Shown one piece after another: positions 54,993 through 62,963 of a stretch of 64,000 nucleotides of DNA. The stretch is from NCBI GenBank assembly GCA_964410915.1, contig CAYPIU010000003.1, positions 21,748 through 85,747 of the forward strand, written 5' to 3'. The notes under the pieces were generated by a model that was not told the origin of the DNA, searched no databases, and saw only the letters and a program-made list of their open reading frames with translations. Position 1 is the stretch's first letter; each line of letters opens with the position of its first letter. Source of the stretch: an uncultured Synergistales bacterium. Lineage in GTDB: Bacteria > Synergistota > Synergistia > Synergistales > JAFGMB01. The position numbers and the translations under genes are program-made.

Positions 54993-56255
54993 ATGAAAAA
55001 GTTTTTGTCTTTATTTGTATTCGCCATTTTATTAATTACTTCCGTTTCTTATGCGGCGGATATCCATGAGGGGCAGGTCCTTACCCTTGACCAGTGTCTG
55101 GAGATCTCCCTTGAGAGGCATCCTGATATCAGGGGGGCCAAGGCTGTCATCAAGGCCATGCAGAGCAGGGTTTACCAGGTCGAGACGGTATGGAATCCGG
55201 AAGTGGGGCTTTCAAGCAGTTATAATCGTCGCTCTGTAACGAATGAAAGTTTCGGAAGGTATTCAAGCAATGTGTCAGTTTCGACCCTATTAAGTGACGG
55301 AGGAAAAACCAGGCTTGAATCATCCATTTCAAATCTTCAGCTGCAGGTTTCAGAGGTTGATTATGACGCCGTTGTGCAAGGCCTGTTATATGAAGTTAAA
55401 CAGGCTTATTTCAACCTGTTGAAAGCCATTAAAACAGAGGAGGTTGCACTGGAGGCCGTGAGGTTATATGAACACCGCCTTGAGCAGGCTGAAGGTTTTT
55501 ATGAAGTTGGCAGGGTCCCAAAGTATGATGTGACGACTGCCGAAGTCGACCTTAGCAGAAAAGAGCTGGAGCTTGTGAAGGCAAGAACTGGTGTCAGGAC
55601 AGCCCGTTCATCACTAAAAAATGCCATAGGTTTCCCGGAAGCTCCCATCTTCAGCGTTGAGGACATGCTCGTACCTAAGCAGATAGAACTGAATTTTGAG
55701 TACATCCTTTCCATAGCCCTCGAAATGCGACCGCAGCTCAGGTCTGGAAGAATTGAGAAGACTTCTGCGAAAGAGTCGGTTTTGCTGGCGGCAAAGGCAA
55801 ATAACCCGGTTTTAAAAGCAAATGCAGGTTATTCATGGGGAGATAGCGATTTTACAGGAAATGAAGATCTCTACCTCGGGATCTCTGTCAGTGTTCCGAT
55901 CTACGACAAGGGGCTTGCGGGGGAAAAGACCAGGGAAGCAAGGTACAGGGTAGAGGAAGCTGAGGCTAAACTCGCAGCCTTCGAGCAGGATGTGGTCCTT
56001 GAGGTTGAAAAAGCCTACATGGAAGTTCATGATTCCGAAGAAGCGATAGATACCGCTGCAAAAACCGTTGATCAGGCTATGCAGAATCTTGAGCTTGCCA
56101 ATGGAAGATACGAGGTTGGAGTGGGTTCACCTGTTGAAGTAACGGACGCGACGGAGAACTACATTTCCGCCACGAACAGCTATTACACTACCCTTTATGA
56201 TTACTGGCTTTCACTTGCAGCCCTGGAAAAAGCAACAGGGGGAATTATTGAATGA
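54993..56255 (+). CDS. TolC-family outer-membrane efflux protein
   Basis: 420 aa with a signal peptide and two OEP-type repeat halves with coiled-coil heptads. There is a 4-nt overlap with the next gene. Confidence 0.85.
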   Translation: MKKFLSLFVFAILLITSVSYAADIHEGQVLTLDQCLEISLERHPDIRGAKAVIKAMQSRVYQVETVWNPEVGLSSSYNRRSVTNESFGRYSSNVSVSTLLSDGGKTRLESSISNLQLQVSEVDYDAVVQGLLYEVKQAYFNLLKAIKTEEVALEAVRLYEHRLEQAEGFYEVGRVPKYDVTTAEVDLSRKELELVKARTGVRTARSSLKNAIGFPEAPIFSVEDMLVPKQIELNFEYILSIALEMRPQLRSGRIEKTSAKESVLLAAKANNPVLKANAGYSWGDSDFTGNEDLYLGISVSVPIYDKGLAGEKTREARYRVEEAEAKLAAFEQDVVLEVEKAYMEVHDSEEAIDTAAKTVDQAMQNLELANGRYEVGVGSPVEVTDATENYISATNSYYTTLYDYWLSLAALEKATGGIIE

Positions 56256-57487
56256 AAAAACTTCTTATACTGTTCCTTGTCATAGCTGCAGGGATTTGGG
56301 GATATCTTTACTTCAGTAACAGCAGGAGTACTTCTTTGATAGTTGACACAACTAAAGTAACACGTGGAGACCTGATCAAGGCGGTGTCGGCAACCGGAAC
56401 CCTTCAGGCGGTTAATACTGTAAACATTGGTGCACAGGTATCGGGTACTATAGATAGAATTCACGTGGACTACAATTCAGAGGTAAAAAAAGGAGATCTT
56501 CTGGCAGAGGTAGACCCATCCCTTCTCTCTTCCAGGGTAAGTCAGGCAAGAGCAAATCTCCTTGTTGCAAAGGCTAACCTGAGGGAGATCCAGGCAAAGC
56601 TCGCAAACATAAGAAAAACACGGGACCGGAACAGGGATCTCTTCGAAAGGGACCTTATTGCAGAGAGTGAGCTCGATTCGGCGCAGACAGAATATGAATC
56701 TGTTCTTGCCCAACTCGAATCTGCGAAGGCAAAACTGGCTCAGTCAAAGGCAGATCTTCAGTATAACGAGACTAACCTTGGATATACGAAGATCCTTTCC
56801 CCAATTAATGGTGTTGTTACTGACAGGGCCATAGATGAGGGTCAGACCGTAAATTCGAGCCAGAGTGCTCCCACACTTTTTACAATAGCAGAGGACCTTT
56901 CCCGGATGCAGGTGGAAGCAGATATTGACGAGGCTGATATCGGTCAGGTCAAAAAAGGACAAAAAGTCGAATTCACTGTAGACGCCTACCCGGATCTTTT
57001 TTTCAACGGTACTGTTGGTGAGATCAGGCTTGTTCCCAAGACTGAAAGTAACGTGGTTACATACACTGTCATAGTAAAGGTCCATAATCCTGAACTTAAG
57101 CTGATGCCAGGTATGACTGCGAATATTTCTGTGATATCGGAAAAGAGAGAAAACATATTGAAAGTAAACAGCGCAGCCCTGAGATTCCAGCCTCCGGAGA
57201 TAGAAACTGGAGTTGCTCCTGTCGCAGATGTGCCAAAATCCTCGGGATCAGGTAAAGGGTCAGGCAGGGGAAGGAAAAAAGACCTGAATATAAGCTCCGG
57301 CAGCTTTCTCTGGAAATATCAGGACGGATCTTTTGTGAAGGTCCCGGTTTCTGCAGGTATCTCTGACGGAATGTATACGGAAGTTTCAGGCGATATCAGT
57401 GAGGGTTTGGTAGCCGTGATATCTGTAGCGGGATTTAAGGAATCAGGTGCAGGGGGGTCTATATTTGGATTTGGTCCAGGTAGATAG
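56252..57487 (+). CDS. Efflux periplasmic adaptor (HlyD/MacA-type membrane fusion protein)
   Basis: 411 aa with an N-terminal TM, a lipoyl-like segment, a coiled-coil hairpin (QARANLLVAKANL...AKLAQSKADL), a beta-barrel and a Gly/Ser-rich C-terminus. Confidence 0.85.
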   Translation: MKKLLILFLVIAAGIWGYLYFSNSRSTSLIVDTTKVTRGDLIKAVSATGTLQAVNTVNIGAQVSGTIDRIHVDYNSEVKKGDLLAEVDPSLLSSRVSQARANLLVAKANLREIQAKLANIRKTRDRNRDLFERDLIAESELDSAQTEYESVLAQLESAKAKLAQSKADLQYNETNLGYTKILSPINGVVTDRAIDEGQTVNSSQSAPTLFTIAEDLSRMQVEADIDEADIGQVKKGQKVEFTVDAYPDLFFNGTVGEIRLVPKTESNVVTYTVIVKVHNPELKLMPGMTANISVISEKRENILKVNSAALRFQPPEIETGVAPVADVPKSSGSGKGSGRGRKKDLNISSGSFLWKYQDGSFVKVPVSAGISDGMYTEVSGDISEGLVAVISVAGFKESGAGGSIFGFGPGR

Positions 57488-58157
57488 CATCCGAAAGACC
57501 TATTGTCTTGGAGGAGTCGAGGTCCACGCTCTCCAGGGGGTATCCTTTTCAATAGCAAAAGGTGAATTTGTCTCCATCATGGGAGCTTCAGGCTCAGGGA
57601 AATCTACCCTTCTCAATATAATAGGATGCCTTGATAATCCCAGTGACGGAAGTTACATGCTTGACGGTATTGATGTTAGTACCCTCAAGATCGACAGGCT
57701 GGCGGATATTCGCAAACACACTATTGGTTTTGTCTTTCAGGGTTTTAACCTTCTTCCCCGTATGTCTGCCCTTGAAAATGTCGAGCTTCCCATGCTTTAC
57801 AAGGGGGTCAAAGCCTCCAGGAGAAAGAAGAGGGCCATGGAGGCTCTGGAGAAGGTTGGATTGGAAGACAGGTCATTTCACCAGCCTCATCAGCTTTCAG
57901 GAGGTCAGCAGCAGAGAGTCGCCATTGCAAGATCCCTTGCTAACGACGCCCCTCTGATCCTGGCTGACGAGCCTACAGGAAACCTTGACAGCCACACCAG
58001 TGAAGAAGTTATGAAGCTTTTTGTAAACCTGAATGAGCAGATGGGAAAGACAATAATCCAGGTGACACATGAACCTGTCATGGCAGATTTCGGCAAAAGG
58101 ATAATCCGGTTCATGGATGGCAAGCTGCTTAGCGATGAGCTGGTGCAAAGAGCATGA
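57447..58157 (+). CDS. ABC transporter ATP-binding protein (MacB/LolD-type)
   Basis: Walker A GASGSGKST, signature LSGGQQQRVAIARSL and Walker B LILADEPTGNLD. The exact start is uncertain because it overlaps the adaptor gene. Confidence 0.9.
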   Translation: MQGGLYLDLVQVDSIRKTYCLGGVEVHALQGVSFSIAKGEFVSIMGASGSGKSTLLNIIGCLDNPSDGSYMLDGIDVSTLKIDRLADIRKHTIGFVFQGFNLLPRMSALENVELPMLYKGVKASRRKKRAMEALEKVGLEDRSFHQPHQLSGGQQQRVAIARSLANDAPLILADEPTGNLDSHTSEEVMKLFVNLNEQMGKTIIQVTHEPVMADFGKRIIRFMDGKLLSDELVQRA

Positions 58158-59380
58158 TGAATGTACTGGAAACGGTCAGGATATCTATCCGTGCTCTGAA
58201 GGCGAACAAGACAAGATCGGCTCTTACCATGCTTGGCATAGTAATTGGAGTAATGGCGGTGATCATAATGTTTGCCGTTGGAAACGGCGCCAACATAGAG
58301 ATCGCCGAGAGATTCGCCAGTCTTGGTACAAATATCCTCATGGTGAGGCCCGGAACAGGGAGAGGACCGGGCAGTGCAACGAGAGGGACAATAAATACCC
58401 TCGTTATCGGTGATGCCTATGCCATTGCAGAACACAGCAGCGCCGTCGCCTACGCCGCTCCGGTCTCGTATGGCAATGCCCAGATTGTCTACGGTAATGC
58501 TAACTACCCGGCCAGGGTTACAGGAACTACACCGGATTATTTTGCTGTTCAGGACTGGGAGCTTGCTTCAGGAAGGGTTTTTACTGACCAGGACGTTCGG
58601 GGTGCAACAAAAGTATGTGTGGTGGGGCAGACAATACTAAGGGAACTTTTTGGCGGTCAGGATCCGGAAGGAAAGGTTATCAGAGTCAAAAAAGTTCCAA
58701 TGATGATTATCGGGGTCCTTGAGGAACTTGGAGAAAGTTCCAGGGGTGATGATCAGGATAACGTTATTATTGTTCCTGTGAGTACTGCTTTGAGAAGGAT
58801 CTTCAGTTCTCCCAGGCCGGATAGTGTTGCAATGATATCCGTAAAGGCTGTAAGCGAAAATCACCTGGAGATAGCGCAGCAGCAGATCGAAAATCTCCTG
58901 ACTGTTCGTCACAGAATAAGGCCTGGAGAGGAAAATGATTTTACGGTAAGAAACCTGACCCAGTTCATAGAATCAGCCAAGAGTGCCACCAATGTCATGA
59001 CAATGCTTTTAATTGCTGTGGCAGGAGTGTCACTCCTGGTAGGTGGCATAGGCATAATGAACATTATGCTTGTATCCGTTACCGAAAGGACCAGGGAGAT
59101 CGGCATCAGAATGGCTATTGGAGCTAAAAGAAAAGATATACAGCTTCAGTTCCTGGTAGAGGCACTTATTCTGTCAATGCTCGGAGGGATAACAGGTATT
59201 GTCCTTGGAATAGGTGGATCATGGGTCATCTCCAGCGGCTTTGGCTGGACTGTGCTGGTTTCCCCTGATTCAATAATTCTATCCTTTGGATTTTCAGCAT
59301 TTGTCGGTATTTTCTTCGGTTATTATCCAGCCTGGAAAGCGTCTCTACTGAGTCCTATCGAAGCACTTAGACACGAATGA
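58154..59380 (+). CDS. ABC transporter permease, MacB-type (periplasmic core domain plus FtsX 4-TM)
   Basis: 408 aa with an N-terminal TM, a large periplasmic domain, and ERTREIGIRMAIGAKRKDI in the FtsX region. Confidence 0.88.
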   Translation: MMNVLETVRISIRALKANKTRSALTMLGIVIGVMAVIIMFAVGNGANIEIAERFASLGTNILMVRPGTGRGPGSATRGTINTLVIGDAYAIAEHSSAVAYAAPVSYGNAQIVYGNANYPARVTGTTPDYFAVQDWELASGRVFTDQDVRGATKVCVVGQTILRELFGGQDPEGKVIRVKKVPMMIIGVLEELGESSRGDDQDNVIIVPVSTALRRIFSSPRPDSVAMISVKAVSENHLEIAQQQIENLLTVRHRIRPGEENDFTVRNLTQFIESAKSATNVMTMLLIAVAGVSLLVGGIGIMNIMLVSVTERTREIGIRMAIGAKRKDIQLQFLVEALILSMLGGITGIVLGIGGSWVISSGFGWTVLVSPDSIILSFGFSAFVGIFFGYYPAWKASLLSPIEALRHE

Positions 59381-59699
59381 TATGAAAAGGGAACAGGAAA
59401 AGGAAGGGTCTTTGTACTGTTATGACCTGGTACAAAATAAGATTTAAAAAATATTAAAAATGTTATTCTCTGATCCTGATTGAACTGGTGAAAACTTTGC
59501 GAAAATAAGTTCAGGGTTAATCCGGGTCTTGAATAAAAATGATCTCTGAACTGTTTTGAAACAAAGAAAATGTTTTGCCCACCCGTTTGTATTTCTGAGA
59601 TATGAATTGTTCTTGATATCCTAAATGATCTACAATGATTGATGGGAGACCTTGAACACAGCAATGTAACTTGTCGTCCCATGAAGGAGGTAGACCTTA

Positions 59700-61034
59700 A
59701 TGACATCTCAAGTTGAGGGGAAAAAAGATAACGGAGAAATGCTTCTGACCCTTCATATAACAGACCCGGTCGTGGTGGAGTATCTTCAGGATTTCCCCGA
59801 GGATGAAAGATCTGCAAAAGCAGGTGAAGCTATAAAGGTCGGGGTAATTGCCATACAATCAGCCTCTCCAACCCTTGATACCAGGGTTGTGGAGAAAAAA
59901 TTCAGAGAAGTTGAGGAAGACCTGAAAAGTAACGTGGAATATTTCAGGAAAGAGATCCAGGAAAGAATGCAGGAATATTTCAAAACAGACAACGGTTCGG
60001 TTCCTCTTTTTATTGAAAAGCACTTTGGAGAGGATGGCAAAGTTTCCAGGATACTTGAGAACTATTTCAGTTCCGAGAAGGGAAAACTGGTGAATATACT
60101 TGAAGGTGAAGTAGGTCCCGAGAGCTATATCGGTCGCCAGATGGATCCCCTTAACAGGCAGGGACTGGTCACAAGGCTTGAAAAAGCAGTGGATGAGATT
60201 CTTAGGGAGAATTCACGTCAGATCCTTTCATCCTTTTCTCTGGACGAGGAAGACAGTTCTTTAAGCCGGCTTAAACGAAGCATCCGTGAGGAGATAGAAA
60301 AACTTCAGAAGATAACTGTAGACCATTATAGCGAGATAAGGGAGATACTTGGTACAGAAAAAGGCAGATCTGAAGAGGCGATCAGGGGAACCAGCAAAGG
60401 TCATGATTTTGAAAACTGCCTCTACGAGTATCTAGCTTCTCTCTCAAGGCAGCTGGATGATGATTCCGAAAATGTTTCAGGTTTAAAGGGTCTTGTTGCA
60501 TATGAAAAGGTTGGGGATTACATAGCAAGACTTGGAGAAACAAGCCGTGCTCCAGGTAAGGTTATAGTTTTTGAGGCAAAAAAAGCAGCCAGTTATAACA
60601 TGAAGAAAACTCTGGATGAGCTTGACAGGGCGAAGAAGAACAGAGGGGCAGAGATCGGTATTTTTCTTTTCTGCAAAGGGTATGAACCGATAGAAGCAGG
60701 TGATTTTTACAGACGTGGAAATGATTTCATCGTTACAGTTGATGAAAAAAAGCTGATGGACGGTGAGCAACTTCTTTTTCTTGAGGCTGCTTACAGGATC
60801 GCCCGTACTCTCATAGCAGCGAGATCAAGGGAAGAGGAGAAAAAGACAGTTGATCCTGAATATATAAATGCGGAACTCGAAAATATTACTACCGCAATGA
60901 AAAATGCTTCCGACATATATACAAAGGCAAGTACTATTCGTAACAGTGCTGATTCCATCGATAAGACCCTCAACAAGGTAATTGACAAGATCCAGCTTCA
61001 CCTTGCAAATATTGGTGCCCATTTGCCATCATGA
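59700..61034 (+). CDS. Hypothetical coiled-coil protein with C-terminal PD-(D/E)xK-like (RmuC/DUF2130-like) nuclease motif
   Basis: 444 aa with a GAAGGAGG RBS. The helical, charged N-terminal two-thirds is followed by GHDFENCLYEYL...VGDYIARLGETSRAPGKVIVFEAKK...AEIGIFLF (D...ExK pattern). Confidence 0.6.
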   Translation: MTSQVEGKKDNGEMLLTLHITDPVVVEYLQDFPEDERSAKAGEAIKVGVIAIQSASPTLDTRVVEKKFREVEEDLKSNVEYFRKEIQERMQEYFKTDNGSVPLFIEKHFGEDGKVSRILENYFSSEKGKLVNILEGEVGPESYIGRQMDPLNRQGLVTRLEKAVDEILRENSRQILSSFSLDEEDSSLSRLKRSIREEIEKLQKITVDHYSEIREILGTEKGRSEEAIRGTSKGHDFENCLYEYLASLSRQLDDDSENVSGLKGLVAYEKVGDYIARLGETSRAPGKVIVFEAKKAASYNMKKTLDELDRAKKNRGAEIGIFLFCKGYEPIEAGDFYRRGNDFIVTVDEKKLMDGEQLLFLEAAYRIARTLIAARSREEEKKTVDPEYINAELENITTAMKNASDIYTKASTIRNSADSIDKTLNKVIDKIQLHLANIGAHLPS

Positions 61035-61064
61035 GTTCTCCTTATAACCGAAAATCTGTTTTTG

Positions 61065-61110
61065 AACTGCCCTCTCGGACTTAAAGAAGGTCCTTGAGGG
61101 CAGTTTTTTA
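61065..61110 (+). terminator. Intrinsic terminator after the hypothetical gene
   Basis: aactgccctc...gagggcagtt stem with an inner ggac/gtcc pairing, followed by ttttaatt. Confidence 0.65.
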
Positions 61111-61196
61111 ATTGACACGAAGGATCATAAGTTTTATTATTATTTTTGTGATATAAAACATGTATATCATATAATGAAACATCAGGAGATGGCTAT

Positions 61197-61970
61197 ATGA
61201 AGAGGGAAAATCATGTACAGTCGGTGATCAGGGCTCTTGAGATCATTGAATGTCTGAATCAGAAAAAGGAACTTGGTATAACCGAGGTAGCATCATCTCT
61301 CAGTCTTGATAAGAGTACAGTTTACAGGTTGATAAATACCCTCAGATACAAGGGATATGTAAAACAGAATCCCCTCAATCACAAGTATTCAAATACTTTC
61401 AAGCTTTTTGAAATGGGAACGCTGGAGGTGGACCGTACCGGACTTATCAGGCGGGTTAATCCTTATCTGGAGTATCTGGCAGAGAATACTAAGGAAACAG
61501 TCAATCTGGCTGTCCTTGAGGGATCCTCGATATTTTATGTAGACAAGATCGAGAGTACGGAAGTCATAAAAGCTGATCTTGGTGTAGGGAGGAGCTACCC
61601 TGCATATTCAACCAGCCTGGGAAAAGCAATTCTTGCTTTTACTCCGGAAAAGAAAGTGGTCTCTCTTTTCAAGGACCAGGAATTCAAAACCTTTACCTCA
61701 AACACGGTAAGTTCACTTGACGAGCTTCTTGCACAGTTAAAAATGATCCGTAGAAGGGGATATGCCTATGATAACGAGGAGCTTATTCCGGGCCTTGCAT
61801 GTGTAGCCGCTCCAGTAAGAAATTATGAAGGAGAACCTATGGCAGCAATAAGCGTAGCTTTTCCGAGGTACAGATATCTTAGTGGTTCTGAAGAGGAGAA
61901 CAGGATAATCGAACTTGTTGGAGAGGTCACCAGGAAAATTTCCGAGGAGTTCGGATTCAGTTCCTTCTAA
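61197..61970 (+). CDS. IclR-family transcriptional regulator (paralogue of the 43026 gene)
   Basis: VASSLSLDKSTVYRLINTLRYKGYVKQNP closely parallels LSKELDLNKSTVYRFLSTLSSLGYVKQNP in the other copy. Confidence 0.88.
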   Translation: MKRENHVQSVIRALEIIECLNQKKELGITEVASSLSLDKSTVYRLINTLRYKGYVKQNPLNHKYSNTFKLFEMGTLEVDRTGLIRRVNPYLEYLAENTKETVNLAVLEGSSIFYVDKIESTEVIKADLGVGRSYPAYSTSLGKAILAFTPEKKVVSLFKDQEFKTFTSNTVSSLDELLAQLKMIRRRGYAYDNEELIPGLACVAAPVRNYEGEPMAAISVAFPRYRYLSGSEEENRIIELVGEVTRKISEEFGFSSF

Positions 61971-62037
61971 AAGGACAAGTTTTGAAATACCAGGGCATTA
62001 TTGAAAACAAAAAATAAATATCAGGGAGGAATTTGAA

Positions 62038-62892
62038 ATGGCAAAGAAAAAAGGAAGACTTGATTTTATTAAAATGAAGAAAGCAGGGGAACAGGTTGCA
62101 TGGGTTACAGCCTATGATTTCCCGACAGCTTCCTTTGTGGAACAGGCAGGAATGGACATGATCCTCGTTGGAGATTCTCTTGGAATGGTAGTTCTTGGAT
62201 ACCAGGGGACGATACCTGTAACTATGGAGGATTGCATTCGTCATTCCCAGGCAGTAAGAAGAGGAGCACCTGACACTTTCTGCATAGGGGATCTGCCCTT
62301 TATGTCCTATCAGATCTCCGATGAAAATGCAGTCTACAATGCCGGAAGGTTTCTTAAAGAGGCGGACATGGATGCAGTCAAGCTTGAAGGCGGCAAACGT
62401 ATAATCTCCAAGATGAAGGCAATTGCAGATGCTGGGATACTTGTAATGGGACATATTGGCCTTACCCCCCAGAGTTCAGGTGTTTTAGGCGGATTCAAGG
62501 CTCAGGGAAGAGATCCGGAGAGCGCAAGGGCACTGATCGAGGATTCTCTTGCTATCCAGGAGGCCGGAGCCTGGGCACTTCTTCTCGAAGCAGTCCCGCC
62601 GGAGCTCTGTCAGTTCATAGCGAAAAAGCTGGATATCCCCGTTTATTCAATAGGTGCGGGCGGTCCTTGTGATGGACAGCTTCTGATCTGTGGAGATATG
62701 CTTGGTATGTTCGAAGCATTTACGCCCAAGTTCGTTAAGAAGTATGCCAATGTTGCCGAGGTAGAAATAAATGCTTTCAAGGAATATGTGAACGATGTAA
62801 AAACTGGTCAATTCCCCACGGATGACCACTGCTACCATATTCTTAAAGACAGGGCCGATGAATACGAAAAAATGCTCAAGGAATTTGAGTAA
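62038..62892 (+). CDS. panB: 3-methyl-2-oxobutanoate hydroxymethyltransferase (ketopantoate hydroxymethyltransferase)
   Basis: 284 aa. Contains TAYDFPTASFVEQAGMDMILVGDSLGMVVLGY, VKLEGG and GHIGLTPQS. Confidence 0.9.
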   Translation: MAKKKGRLDFIKMKKAGEQVAWVTAYDFPTASFVEQAGMDMILVGDSLGMVVLGYQGTIPVTMEDCIRHSQAVRRGAPDTFCIGDLPFMSYQISDENAVYNAGRFLKEADMDAVKLEGGKRIISKMKAIADAGILVMGHIGLTPQSSGVLGGFKAQGRDPESARALIEDSLAIQEAGAWALLLEAVPPELCQFIAKKLDIPVYSIGAGGPCDGQLLICGDMLGMFEAFTPKFVKKYANVAEVEINAFKEYVNDVKTGQFPTDDHCYHILKDRADEYEKMLKEFE

Positions 62893-62910
62893 GTAAGAAT
62901 AAAAAGAAAT

Positions 62911-62940
62911 AAAAAGGCCTCCGGATCCGGAGGCCTTTTT
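62911..62940. terminator. Bidirectional intrinsic terminator between convergent genes
   Basis: aaaaaggcctccgg-at-ccggaggccttttt, a perfect palindrome with A-run and T-run flanks. Confidence 0.85.
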
Positions 62941-62963
62941 ATTTCTTTTAACAGGTAATGTTT

